A stretch of DNA of 54,808 nt from an uncultured bacterium. GTDB lineage: Bacteria; Electryoneota; Electryoneia; Electryoneales; Electryoneaceae. The notes below the pieces were generated by a model that was not told the origin of the DNA, searched no databases, and saw only the letters and a list, made by a program, of their open reading frames with translations. Positions 37,572 to 47,062 of this stretch are shown in pieces (within the stretch, counting starts at the first letter, position 1; every line of letters starts with the position of its first letter). A program made the position numbers and the translations under genes. Location: positions 2,005-56,812 of the forward strand of contig CAYOKT010000006.1 of the NCBI GenBank assembly GCA_964404605.1, in the 5' to 3' direction.

Positions 37572-39089
37572 TCAGTCGCCGAACTTGATCCCCTGCGCGA
37601 GGGGGAGGTCCCGGGAGTAGTTGATGGTGTTCGTCTGGCGGCGCATGTAGGCCTTCCAGGCGTCGCTGCCCGATTCGCGCCCGCCGCCGGTCTCCTTCTC
37701 GCCCCCGAAGGCGCCGCCGATCTCCGCCCCGGAGGTCCCGAGGTTCACATTGGCGATCCCGCAGTCCGAGCCCTCCGGGCTGAGGAAGGTTTCCGCCTCG
37801 CGCACGTCGTTGGTGAAGATGGAGCTGGAGAGCCCCTGCGGCACCTCGTTGTGCCAGGCGAGGACCTCCTCGAAGTCTTCGTACTCCATCAGGTAGAGGA
37901 TCGGAGCGAAGGTCTCCCGGTGGACGATCTCCCAGTCGTGCTGCGCCTTGACGATGACCGGCTCGACGAAGTATCCCGGCCGGTCGAGACGCGCGCCGCC
38001 GGTGAGGATCTCCCCGCCCAGCTCGCGGATGGTCTCCAGCGCGCCCATCATCTCCTCCACGGCCGCCTCGTTGACCAGCGGACCCATGAGGATCCCCTCC
38101 TCGAGGGGGTCCCCGATGGTCACCTTCCCATAGGCGTCCAGCAGCATCCTGGTGAACTTCCCGGAGACGCTCTTGTGCACGAAGACGCGGCGGGTGGAGG
38201 TGCAGCGCTGCCCGGCGGTCCCCACGGCGCCGAAGAGCACCGAGCGCATCGCCATCTCGAGGTCCGCGGACGGGGTGACGATGACCGCGTTGTTCCCGCC
38301 GAGTTCGAGGATCGTGCTGCCGAGCCGCTTGCCGACGACCTCCCCGACGCGCTTGCCCATCACCGTGGAGCCGGTGAAACTGACGAGGGGAATCCGGTCG
38401 TCGCGGATCAACCGCTCGCCCACCGTGCGCCCGCGCCCGATGACGAGGTTGAACACCCCCTCGGCGTCATGCGCCTTCATCACCTCGCCCGCGATCTTCT
38501 GCACCGCGATCGCCGTCAAGGGCACCTCGGAGGAGGGCTTCCAGATGGTGACATCGCCGCAGACCGCCGCGAGGGCGGCGTTCCACGCCCACACGGCCAC
38601 GGGGAAGTTGAACGCCGTGATGACACCCACCGGCCCCAGGGGGTGCCACTGCTCCATCATCCGGTGACGGACCCGCTCGGAGGGCATGGTCCGGCCGTAG
38701 AGCTGGCGCGAGAGACCGACGGCGAAGTCGCAGATGTCGATCATCTCCTGCACCTCGCCCCACCCCTCCTGGACAATCTTGCCCATCTCGAGGCTGACCA
38801 GGCGGCCGAGGGCGTCCTTCTTCTCCCGCAGGGCGTCGGCGAGGTCGCGGACCATCAGCCCGCGCACCGGACCGGGCACCATGCGCCAGCGCTTGAACGC
38901 CTCGACGGCGTGCGCCATCACCTCTTCGTAGTCGTCCTCCGTCGCCTGGGAGACGGTGGCGATGGGCTCCCCCGTCGTCGGATTCACCGAAGCGAGGATG
39001 TCGCGCCCCTCGCCGCCGATCCACCCATCTTGACCCCAGCAGGCGCCCGGATTCATCTCCTGAATACCCAGTTCCTTGAGAAAGTCCAT
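37572..39089 (-). CDS. Aldehyde dehydrogenase, ALDH7 / aminoadipate-semialdehyde dehydrogenase-like
   Basis: 505 aa with ITAFNFPVAVWAWN, ELGGNNA and GTAGQRCT motifs. Confidence 0.85.
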   Translation of the reverse strand: MDFLKELGIQEMNPGACWGQDGWIGGEGRDILASVNPTTGEPIATVSQATEDDYEEVMAHAVEAFKRWRMVPGPVRGLMVRDLADALREKKDALGRLVSLEMGKIVQEGWGEVQEMIDICDFAVGLSRQLYGRTMPSERVRHRMMEQWHPLGPVGVITAFNFPVAVWAWNAALAAVCGDVTIWKPSSEVPLTAIAVQKIAGEVMKAHDAEGVFNLVIGRGRTVGERLIRDDRIPLVSFTGSTVMGKRVGEVVGKRLGSTILELGGNNAVIVTPSADLEMAMRSVLFGAVGTAGQRCTSTRRVFVHKSVSGKFTRMLLDAYGKVTIGDPLEEGILMGPLVNEAAVEEMMGALETIRELGGEILTGGARLDRPGYFVEPVIVKAQHDWEIVHRETFAPILYLMEYEDFEEVLAWHNEVPQGLSSSIFTNDVREAETFLSPEGSDCGIANVNLGTSGAEIGGAFGGEKETGGGRESGSDAWKAYMRRQTNTINYSRDLPLAQGIKFGD

Positions 39090-39217
39090 CGGTCAACTCC
39101 CCTTGGGGTTGTAGGAATACGCGTCGAAACCCGTCCGGTTTCAAAGGGATTCAAAATAGCCTGCGGCTTCGGAGAGAGTCAACGAACGCACAGATGCAGG
39201 GAGCCCGCTCCAACCGT

Positions 39218-39248
39218 AAAAAAACGCGCAACCTTCGAGGTTGCGCGT
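39218..39248 (-). terminator. Rho-independent terminator after the FmdB-like gene
   Basis: ACGCGCAACC-TTCGA-GGTTGCGCGT 10-bp stem. On the minus strand it is followed by TTTTTTT. Confidence 0.65.
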
Positions 39249-39275
39249 ATCGTTCGGCCATCCCGAGCCATGGTG

Positions 39276-39596
39276 TCAGGAGGTCGTCTTTTCGTGTTTC
39301 TTCTCCGCGGTCTTCCCGCCGTCGCCCGGGCCCGCGCCGCTTTTCTCCTCGCCGGAAACCTTCTTCTCCGTCGCGGTCCTGCCGTTCCCGTTCCCGCCCG
39401 GCGGCGAGCTGTGGTCATGCTTGTAATCGGTGATGTAAAACCCGCTGCCCTTGAAGATCAGCCCGGCGCCGCGGCCGATCTGGCGCTCCGCGGCCGCACC
39501 GCATTCCGGGCAGCGCTTCCCACCGTTGTCCGACACCGAATGAAACAGATCGAAGGTGTGCCCGCAGACGGTGCAACGATACGTGTATGTCGGCAT
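39276..39596 (-). CDS. FmdB-family zinc-ribbon protein with a low-complexity tail
   Basis: Trimmed to MPTYTYRCTVCGHTFDLFHSVSDNGGKRCPECG (CxxC...CxxC) followed by GSGFY. Gly/Lys/Glu-rich C-terminal half. Confidence 0.75.
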   Translation of the reverse strand: MPTYTYRCTVCGHTFDLFHSVSDNGGKRCPECGAAAERQIGRGAGLIFKGSGFYITDYKHDHSSPPGGNGNGRTATEKKVSGEEKSGAGPGDGGKTAEKKHEKTTS

Positions 39597-39691
39597 TCTC
39601 ACCTCCACCCCGTTGGGTCGGTCCCTCCGCCCCCGGGAAATCCGGGAGCAAGCCGCGTGCCGAATGAAGCCGGCCCCGTATCCGGGAAAGG

Positions 39692-39725
39692 AAAAAACCC
39701 GCCATCCAGCCGGAAATACCGCGGG
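39692..39725 (-). terminator. Candidate terminator closing a ~200-nt structured region downstream of mltF
   Basis: Minus strand reads CCCGC-18 nt-GCGGG followed by TTTTTT. Weak stem, good U-tract. Confidence 0.35.
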
Positions 39726-39925
39726 AACACAGCCTCCGGCGCGGCGAGCTCTCCACAACTCCCGTAGCTCGGGGTTCTTCCTCCCGCCCGGCCTCCGCCA
39801 CCGGTCTGCCATTTCGGCAGGCGCGCCGGCGGGCAAGCGGTTAATGTAGCGCGCCTCCGGGGTGGGTGCAACCGCCGGTTTCACACGACCGGAGGCGCTC
39901 ATTCCGCGGCGCGGCTGTGAGGCGA

Positions 39926-41347
39926 TTATCTCCCACCCAGCGCCAGCTCCGGCGCGGGCTCCGGCGGGGTTTCGGGCACGATCCCCCGGAAGATGTCGTA
40001 GCGGTTGAAAACATCCTCGACGTAGCGCAACACCTGGCCGCCGCGGACATAGCCGTACTCCGCCTTCCGGTAATATTCGGGCTGTTCCAGCAGGCGCAGC
40101 GCACCCGCGACATCCTCCCACCGCCGGGGATCTCCTCCCCGTTCCCGCGCGAGTTTCCGGGCGTCCGCCACGTGTCCGATGCCGCAGTTGTAGGCCGCCA
40201 GCGCCAGTCTCAGGCGGTCATCGCCATCGACATCGCCGTACATCCCGTACAACTTGCGGAGATAGCGGGCGCCTCCGAGGATGTTCTGGGCGGGGTCGTA
40301 GAGGTTCTTGACGCCCAGCATCTCCGCCGTGCGCGGCATGAGCTGCATCAACCCCACCGCCCCGGCCCACGAGGTCTTGTCCGGCAGGAAGCGGGACTCG
40401 TGGTACGCTTGCGCCGCCAGCAGCCGCCAGTCGAAATCGGTGACCGCCGCCGCCGCGCGGAACTCCTCATCGTAGCGGCTGAGCTTCCCCTCGCGGTAGA
40501 GCGCGAGGTGGGCCGTGCGGTGGCGGAGGAAGCGCGCCGTGTTCTCGAAGTACCGCTTCCGCAGGATGTTGAAGTAGGCCGAACGGTAATAGCGGCCGAG
40601 GAAATCGTTCAACGCCGCCAGCAGTTCGGGGGAGTTCGGCCTCACCGCCCAGGCGATCGGCTGGGGGTCGGTGATCGCCACCCCGATCTCGAGGCCGGGG
40701 TAGAACTGCTGCTCCAGCCGGGCGATGGTGTTGTCCACCACGGTGAGCGGTGCTTCGCCCTTGGCGACCAGGACCACGGGATCATCCCGCTCCTCCAGCT
40801 CGTTGTGGTACTCGATCTCCACCCGGATTCCCCGGCGCCGCAGCTCGCGCAGCCGCTCCTCGTAGGAAGAGCCCCGCCGGACGAGAACCCTCCTGCCGTC
40901 CAGCTCCTCGATGGTCTGCGGCGGGGGGGAGTCGCTGGTGCCGACCGTAACCTGGCGCACCTCGAGATACCGCCGGGTGAAGGAGAGCTGATCGCGCCGG
41001 TCGGGGGTCACGGTCATCATCGCCGCGATCACATCCCCCTCACCGTGGTAGAGGGCCGGGATCATGTCGGACCACTCCGGCGGCATCACGATCTCGAGCA
41101 CCAGGCCCTGCTCCTCGGCGAACTTGCTGATCAGCTCGTAATCGAAGCCGCGACGGGTGCCGCGGTAGAGGTAGTAGGTCAGGGGGTGGTTGCGGGTGAT
41201 CACCCGCAGGGTGTCGCTGGTCTTGATTTGGGCGAGGTCACGCTCCACCGGGCGGCCCAGGCGGCCAGCCGGTCCACAACCCACGGCGAGTCCAAGAAGC
41301 AGAGCCGCCGGGAGAGCGAGCCATCGTCCCCGCCAGGTCGAGCTCAT
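39926..41347 (-). CDS. mltF: Membrane-bound lytic murein transglycosylase F-like (SBP_bac_3 + SLT domains), lipoprotein
   Basis: Trimmed to MSSTWRGRWLALPAALLLGLAVGCG. N-terminal solute-binding-like domain and a C-terminal SLT catalytic region (AYHESRF, AVGLMQLMP). Confidence 0.8.
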   Translation of the reverse strand: MSSTWRGRWLALPAALLLGLAVGCGPAGRLGRPVERDLAQIKTSDTLRVITRNHPLTYYLYRGTRRGFDYELISKFAEEQGLVLEIVMPPEWSDMIPALYHGEGDVIAAMMTVTPDRRDQLSFTRRYLEVRQVTVGTSDSPPPQTIEELDGRRVLVRRGSSYEERLRELRRRGIRVEIEYHNELEERDDPVVLVAKGEAPLTVVDNTIARLEQQFYPGLEIGVAITDPQPIAWAVRPNSPELLAALNDFLGRYYRSAYFNILRKRYFENTARFLRHRTAHLALYREGKLSRYDEEFRAAAAVTDFDWRLLAAQAYHESRFLPDKTSWAGAVGLMQLMPRTAEMLGVKNLYDPAQNILGGARYLRKLYGMYGDVDGDDRLRLALAAYNCGIGHVADARKLARERGGDPRRWEDVAGALRLLEQPEYYRKAEYGYVRGGQVLRYVEDVFNRYDIFRGIVPETPPEPAPELALGGR

Positions 41348-41485
41348 GCCGCAACGTAGGCGCGGCCCCGCGCTCCTGTCAAGGCGAAACGCCCCGCGAA
41401 TCCCATCCGCCGCCGGCCGCGTCCCGCGCCGCGGGTCCGCGCGGCCGGCCGCCCGTGAAACACTCACTGTTCTTCTTCCCGGAGA

Positions 41486-43153
41486 TCAGCGTGCCGGCCC
41501 CCCGCGGGCGCGGCTTTCGATCTTCCGGTTCAACTCCTCCAGCAGGTCCTCCCGTTCCCGGTCTCCGTGGAAAAAGGGGCTCTCGAGGAGTTCCACCCGC
41601 GCCGCTTCCCAACGCCCGAGGGCGGCGAGGATGCGGGCGCGGTGGAGGGGGAGCTTGAAGAAGGAAGGGGCGAGAGCGGCGAGGGTGTCGGACTGCGCCA
41701 GGGCGTCCTCCAGCCCGCGGCGGCGGGCGGGCGACCCCTCCGGTTCGGCGAACGCCTCACGGTACCGGGCCCACACCAGCAGCGCCCGCGCCTCCAGGCC
41801 TTCCGGCCAGAGAGAGAGACTGCGCTGGAGGGCACGGGCATCCGAGGGGGCCCAGTAGCGGGCGGGATCCCTGCCCCGCTTGAGAGCAGCGTCGGCGGCG
41901 GCGCGGCGCACCTGCAGCGGCAGAGCCGCCAGCGCGACCACCGCGAGGAGAGCCCAGAACGCCCGCCGCGGACCGGGGCGCGGCGTCTTCCCGCCCTTGA
42001 ACGCGGGCGACAGCGAGAGGGCCGCCGCGAAGGCCAGCGCCGCGGGGAGCATCCCCTCCCGTGACGGCGCCAGCGAGACCGCCCCCTGCACGACGGCGGC
42101 GGAGAGGCTCATCCAGGCCACAAACCCCCGGTCCATGCCCGATCCGCGGGCCAGTGCACGCCATGCGGCGGCGAGCGCCGCCGCGGCGAAAAGAAGCAGT
42201 CCCAGCGCGGCGAACAGTCCGCCTTCGACGGCCGCCTGCAGGGGTTGGAGGTGCAGGTGGTCCAGCGGGCCCAGGGCGGTCAAGTCGGCATAGTGTGGAT
42301 GATGCGGCGAACGCGCCGCCGGAAAGAGGAATCGCACCTGTCCGGGGCCGTGCCCGGTGAGCGGCGCCTCCCGGAACAGGCGGACCCCGGCGGCGAGATT
42401 GGCCGTCCGGTCCACCCAGGCCACCTCCCGGCGGAGGCTTAGGAAGAGGAACATCCCGGCGGCGAGCAGCAGGGAGACGGCCAGCACCGCCGGGCGCCAG
42501 CGGCGCAGCGTTCCCCGCGCCCGCGCCCAGAAGACCCCCATCGCCCCGGCGAGCAGCCCGAGCATCGCCCCGGCGGAACGGGTCCACGGCAGCAGCAGCA
42601 ACACCGCCACCGTGACGAAGAAGCCGAGGTGACGCCACCAGCGCCGCTCGTCCACCGCCGTGGCCAGCGCCCACGGCCAGAGCACGACCAGGTGGTAAGC
42701 GTACACGTTGGGGTGGCCGAGAGTGCCCCTGATCCCGTCACCGCCGGGGAAGAAGAGGAGATCGGCACCCCCCGCGAGAGTATGGATGAGCAGGGCGACT
42801 GTCACCCCCCGGCGGAGGATGCGGCGGCCATCCTCATCGCGCAGCACCGCGATCCCGGCGAGAAGGAAGATCAGGGCGGCCCACTTCCCGGCGAGGTCCA
42901 GCGCCGCCGTGAGCGGGCGCTCGACCGTGAAAAGACCCGCAAGCAACCCGAGGGCGAGCAGGACCAGGCCCGCCGCGGCCGTCCTGCCGACTCCCCCTCC
43001 TTGCGGCGGCCGGACCGCCTGCAGCACCGCGAGGAGCGCCGCGCCCACCCCCAGCAGGGCGAGGGCGGCATGGTACGGGTGCAGGAAACCCGGCGGCCGG
43101 GGCAGCGCCGTCGCCACCAGCAGGGCGGCGAACAGGCAGGCGGATCGTTTCAT
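41486..43153 (-). CDS. O-antigen ligase (Wzy_C)-like polytopic membrane protein with a C-terminal helical-repeat tail
   Basis: Trimmed to MKRSACLFAALLV. About 10-12 TM segments. Periplasmic-loop motifs GHPNVYA and TRSAG, and a soluble Ala/Arg/Leu-rich C-terminal ~140 aa. Confidence 0.6.
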   Translation of the reverse strand: MKRSACLFAALLVATALPRPPGFLHPYHAALALLGVGAALLAVLQAVRPPQGGGVGRTAAAGLVLLALGLLAGLFTVERPLTAALDLAGKWAALIFLLAGIAVLRDEDGRRILRRGVTVALLIHTLAGGADLLFFPGGDGIRGTLGHPNVYAYHLVVLWPWALATAVDERRWWRHLGFFVTVAVLLLLPWTRSAGAMLGLLAGAMGVFWARARGTLRRWRPAVLAVSLLLAAGMFLFLSLRREVAWVDRTANLAAGVRLFREAPLTGHGPGQVRFLFPAARSPHHPHYADLTALGPLDHLHLQPLQAAVEGGLFAALGLLLFAAAALAAAWRALARGSGMDRGFVAWMSLSAAVVQGAVSLAPSREGMLPAALAFAAALSLSPAFKGGKTPRPGPRRAFWALLAVVALAALPLQVRRAAADAALKRGRDPARYWAPSDARALQRSLSLWPEGLEARALLVWARYREAFAEPEGSPARRRGLEDALAQSDTLAALAPSFFKLPLHRARILAALGRWEAARVELLESPFFHGDREREDLLEELNRKIESRARGGPAR

Positions 43154-43281
43154 GCCGTAAAGATACAATTCCCCCGCGGCCCGTACCCCGGTGGAGGCGG
43201 GCTCTTCACGATTCACACCCGTTCCCGGCGGAAACCCGTCCGGCCGCCTGCGTCGGCCGGCCCGGTTTTGTACCTTCCGTC

Positions 43282-44169
43282 GTGACACCCTTCACCCCAC
43301 ATCCCGCGCCCCGGGCGAAGCTTTCCCGGAGGGGGGGATTCCCCCTCCCCGCCGTCCTGCTCGCCCTGCTGCTTCTCCTCCTGCCCGGGCGTGGATGGGC
43401 CCTCTTCTCAACCCGTCCCGAGGGAGCGCGGGCGGGGGGCACGGGCTGCTCGCTGGCGGCCGATCCCCTCGACCCCGCTTCGCGCGCGGTGAACCCCGCC
43501 GCCGCGGCCCTGAGGCGGAGCTGGGCGTTCACCGCCGCCTTCTCCCGGCCGTTCGAACTCGCCGAGCTGGACCGGTTCCGCTTCGACGCCGCCGGGCCGC
43601 TGGGCCGGTTCGTGCTCGGGGCCTGGGCCGGCGGCCAGGGACGGACGCTCTACACCGAGCGCGAGACCGGGCTGAGCCTGTCCCGCCGGCTCGACCCGCG
43701 GATCGCCCTCGGCGCGGGGTTGGCCTACCGCCGGGCGGAGATCAACGGGTACGGAGCCGAGGGCGGGTTCGGCGCGGACCTCGGCGCGTTGCTGACCGGC
43801 GGACGGTGGTCGCTCGGCGGGTGCGTGCGCAACGTGTACGCTTCGCCCTACGACCGCTTCGGCGACCGTCCCGCCCCCCGCGCCCTGCTCGCCCTGCAGG
43901 TGAACCCCACCGACAAGCTCAGCGTTTTCACCGAGGTGGAGTGGGAGCGGCATTACGCTCCCGCCCTCCGGCTCGGCGTCGAAGGCGAGGTCTACCCCGG
44001 GCTGCGGCTTCGCGCCGGGTACGACGGCGGCACCGACCGGCTGCACCTCGGCATCGGCCTGCGCGTGGGAGCACTGGGCGTGGACGGCGGCTACGACCAG
44101 CACCCCTGGCTCGGCTGGACGCGCGCCTTCGGCCTGACCTGGTGGAACGATGCCCCGAAGCGCCCGTAG
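43282..44169 (+). CDS. Predicted outer-membrane beta-barrel, PorV/PorQ-like (tentative)
   Basis: GTG start and a signal peptide (LPAVLLALLLLLLPGRGWA). The N-terminal GARAGGTGCSLAADPLDPASRAVNPAAA resembles the G-x-G...NPA motif of PorV/PorQ-type barrels. Family call is from memory only. Confidence 0.45.
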   Translation: MTPFTPHPAPRAKLSRRGGFPLPAVLLALLLLLLPGRGWALFSTRPEGARAGGTGCSLAADPLDPASRAVNPAAAALRRSWAFTAAFSRPFELAELDRFRFDAAGPLGRFVLGAWAGGQGRTLYTERETGLSLSRRLDPRIALGAGLAYRRAEINGYGAEGGFGADLGALLTGGRWSLGGCVRNVYASPYDRFGDRPAPRALLALQVNPTDKLSVFTEVEWERHYAPALRLGVEGEVYPGLRLRAGYDGGTDRLHLGIGLRVGALGVDGGYDQHPWLGWTRAFGLTWWNDAPKRP

Positions 44170-45937
44170 AGGCCCGCCTCGCCGGTCGGGCGCGTGGCCT
44201 CGTCTCGTGCTCCCGGCCCTCCTCGCGCTGACAACCGTTACTCCCCCGGCGGCGGCGCAAACCGTCCCGGACAGCCTGCTGACCCGGCTCGAGGACGGCA
44301 CCGAGGAGGTAGGCGCCGCCTGGACCGACCTGCTGGAGAGCGGAGTCGTCCCGCAACTCCCCGCTCCCCCGCCATCCGCCCCGACGGGCGAAATGCCGCC
44401 GGGCTTTCCCCGGGGGTACCCCCGCGCGACCGGTCTCACCCTGCGGCGGCAGGACATCACGGCCGACCGGCCCGGTGCGCACCTGCTTCGGTTCGATCTC
44501 ACCCAGGACCGCTGGGCCGCCGGCGCCCTTCTCCAGCGTGACGCCGGGGAGACCGACCCGGCGGACCTGGGCCGGGCCTGGGGGGCGGTGCGCGGGGCGC
44601 GCTGGACCCTGCTGGCGGGCGACATCGCGGTGGACGCGGGACTGGGCTGGACCATCGCCACCTCCCCCTCGTGGCCGGCGGGCGAAGACGCCGCCGCCCC
44701 GCTCCGCCGCCCGCCCGAAGGGGTCCACCCCAACCGCTCAAGCGAGGAGGGGTGGGGCTGGCGCGGGGGCGGCCTGCACTGGGACTATTCCGAGGGGTAC
44801 GGACTCGACCTCTGGGCCGGGACGGCCTCCTTCGACGCCCGGGCCGTGAGCGGCGGCCTGCTGCCCTACGCCGGGCAGGGGGATCACACCGGAGAGAGGA
44901 GCGAGACGAAGAACGCGCTGCGCGAGGACCACTGGGGAGTGCAGCTCCGGCGCAGCCGCGAGGAGGGGGGGTTCGGGCTGATCCGCTGGGAGAGTGTCTG
45001 GAGCGAGCACCTTGCGGATTCCCCATCGCCCGCGCGGTTCCGGGGCGGGGGCGACCGGCCGGGGGTGACCGGACTCTGGCTGCGCCGGGACCTCGCCCCC
45101 TCCGGGACCCTCTTCCTGGAGCTGGCGCAGCAGGACCGGAACGCCCTCGGCGGAACGGCGCTGATCGCCCTGCGCTCGCAGAGCGCCCTCGCCACCCTCG
45201 CCCTCTACCGCGCCACCGTGGGCTTCCAGCCGCTGCACGCCCGGCCGATGCTCCCCTTCGGCGATGACCCCGCCGGGCGGCTCGGCGGCGTGCTCGCCCT
45301 GGAGGGGAGGATTCCCGGCGCCGAGGCGTGGCGCGCCGGCGGCAGCGCCGCCTTCGAGGGGCGGGAGCCGACTCCCGCCGGCACCGGCGCCGAAACGCGC
45401 TGGGGCGGGCGGCTCTACGGCCGGGGACCCATCGCGCGAAACTGGCGGCTGGACGTCCGCTTCCGGTTGCGCCGCACGCGAACGGGAACGACAGACGAAG
45501 CCCTCGACTGGAGCCACTCCCTGCGCGGAGTGCTGCGCCGGAAGGTGGGCGGCGCGCGCTTCGGCCTGCGCGGGGAACGGACCTGGGTGAGACACGGATG
45601 GGGCAACCTGGTCGGCGGGGAGATCCGCCGTGAAATCCGCCGGTCTTTGGGATTTTCGGGTTCCGCGACCTATCTTTTCCCCTCGGGTTCGGGAGCCGCC
45701 CTGACCGTGATCGAACCGACCGTGCCGGGGCTGTTCCCGGTCCGCCGTCTCGGCGGGGAACGGCTGCGGGCCGCCGGGCTGGTCACCTGGCGACCGGCCG
45801 GGGGACTCCGCGTGCACCTTCTCTTCTCCGCGGAGCGGCGCCTCGACACCGGGCCGGACGGCGCGACAGACGACAAGGGGACCCTGGACACCACCCTGAC
45901 CGCCGGCGTGCAGTGGTTCGAGAGGAGAACGCGTTGA
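44150..45937 (+). CDS. Secreted protein of unknown function, beta-barrel-like
   Basis: Signal peptide (WPRLVLPALLALTTVTPPAAAQ). 595 aa, rich in Gly/Arg/Trp with alternating strands. Start overlaps the upstream gene by 20 nt. Confidence 0.55.
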   Translation: MPRSARRGPPRRSGAWPRLVLPALLALTTVTPPAAAQTVPDSLLTRLEDGTEEVGAAWTDLLESGVVPQLPAPPPSAPTGEMPPGFPRGYPRATGLTLRRQDITADRPGAHLLRFDLTQDRWAAGALLQRDAGETDPADLGRAWGAVRGARWTLLAGDIAVDAGLGWTIATSPSWPAGEDAAAPLRRPPEGVHPNRSSEEGWGWRGGGLHWDYSEGYGLDLWAGTASFDARAVSGGLLPYAGQGDHTGERSETKNALREDHWGVQLRRSREEGGFGLIRWESVWSEHLADSPSPARFRGGGDRPGVTGLWLRRDLAPSGTLFLELAQQDRNALGGTALIALRSQSALATLALYRATVGFQPLHARPMLPFGDDPAGRLGGVLALEGRIPGAEAWRAGGSAAFEGREPTPAGTGAETRWGGRLYGRGPIARNWRLDVRFRLRRTRTGTTDEALDWSHSLRGVLRRKVGGARFGLRGERTWVRHGWGNLVGGEIRREIRRSLGFSGSATYLFPSGSGAALTVIEPTVPGLFPVRRLGGERLRAAGLVTWRPAGGLRVHLLFSAERRLDTGPDGATDDKGTLDTTLTAGVQWFERRTR

Positions 45938-47037
45938 GTTCATCAAGAGGGAAGCGGCGGAGCAGCTCCCCGAAGCCGCGCGGAGGAGAGGGCCGCCCCG
46001 CGCCCGGAAAGGCCGCCGGGCGAGGGGATGCACCCCACCCCGGCACGGCGGCGAAGCGGGAGGACATCCTCGCCGGCCACCCGGTCGCCGAGGCGCTCCC
46101 GCCGGAGGTGCTGCCCGCGGCCGCGCCCCCCTCCGTACCGCTCTCCCTGCCGATCCGCACCGTCCGCTGCCCCGTTTGCGAATACGCCTTCGAGCAGAAC
46201 TGCGGCGGACTGGAGGAGGAGGTCGTCTGCCCGCACTGCGGCTGCGGCTTCCCCTACACCGACGGCTACCTGAACCATTACAAGGCGTACATCGAGGCGT
46301 TCATCGACCCCGTGCATCCGATTCCCCTCGCGCCGGGGTACTCCACCGGCGGCGAGGTGCAGATGCCTCCCAACGACCTGCTGCTGGTGGACTTCGGGGT
46401 GACCTACCGGCGGGAGCCGGAGGTGTTCTTCCTCCTGCCGGACGGCAACGCCGGGCGCGAACTGCTGGTGCGGAACCTCGTCGTGCTTCCGCTGTCGGTC
46501 AGCAACCGCACCCTCATCCTCTTCTCCCATGTTCTCGACCGTAAGGCGTCGGCCCGGGCCGTCCCCGTCCGCTGGATGGCGATCGGTGAGACCGGCGAGT
46601 GGGAAAAACCGCTGTGGCTGAACTACCTTCAGAACGCCGCGGACCTGGTTCGCACGGGCGAGGATGTCGCGGCGCTGGTCATGCTGATGGTGGTGCTCGA
46701 CTTCTTCTACGATGCGATGCTCGAGCGGCTGGGCATCACCTACGAGACCATCCGCCGCCGGGGAAGACGCCCGGGGATGAACGAGAAGCGGGCGAAACTG
46801 AAGCTGCTGGAGGAACATCTCGGGGCCTGGCCGGGCGGGATCGATGATCTCCTGCGCGACTTGACGGACTACCGGAACCGCATCGTGCACCGTGTCGTGA
46901 AACGCCCGGATGCGCCCGAGTTCACCGGCCGCCGCGCCTTCCAGGTGGTGATGCGCGCCCTGACCACCCTGATCAGCATGTACCACCAGGCGCGGCAGGG
47001 AGATGTACGAGTCCCGTCTTCCACGAAACGGAAGTGA
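45934..47037 (+). CDS. Cytoplasmic zinc-ribbon protein with a C-terminal HEPN-like helical domain (RNxxxH)
   Basis: Likely TTG start at 45934 (TTGA overlap with the upstream stop, GAGAGGAGAA SD 4 nt upstream); the track start 45913 is also possible. No signal peptide. Basic disordered N-terminus, CPVC-x16-CPHC, then an all-helical C-terminus with YRNRIVH. Confidence 0.6.
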   Translation: MSSSRGKRRSSSPKPRGGEGRPAPGKAAGRGDAPHPGTAAKREDILAGHPVAEALPPEVLPAAAPPSVPLSLPIRTVRCPVCEYAFEQNCGGLEEEVVCPHCGCGFPYTDGYLNHYKAYIEAFIDPVHPIPLAPGYSTGGEVQMPPNDLLLVDFGVTYRREPEVFFLLPDGNAGRELLVRNLVVLPLSVSNRTLILFSHVLDRKASARAVPVRWMAIGETGEWEKPLWLNYLQNAADLVRTGEDVAALVMLMVVLDFFYDAMLERLGITYETIRRRGRRPGMNEKRAKLKLLEEHLGAWPGGIDDLLRDLTDYRNRIVHRVVKRPDAPEFTGRRAFQVVMRALTTLISMYHQARQGDVRVPSSTKRK

Positions 47038-47062
47038 CAACACGTCGGGCGAAGGAGGCCCC

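Noticed and set aside
37851-39767. 638-aa plus-strand ORF over the aldehyde dehydrogenase and FmdB genes
   Set aside because: Shadow ORF. It crosses two minus-strand genes and a clear minus-strand terminator.
39770-39786. T-arm-like stem-loop (CGGGG-TTCTTCC-TCCCG) followed by GCCTCCGCCACC; considered as a tmRNA 3' end because smpB is about 2.3 kb away
   Set aside because: The loop lacks the conserved TTCGA(A/T)T T-loop sequence. No matching 5' acceptor strand or tag reading frame was found, and the orientation and context do not fit.
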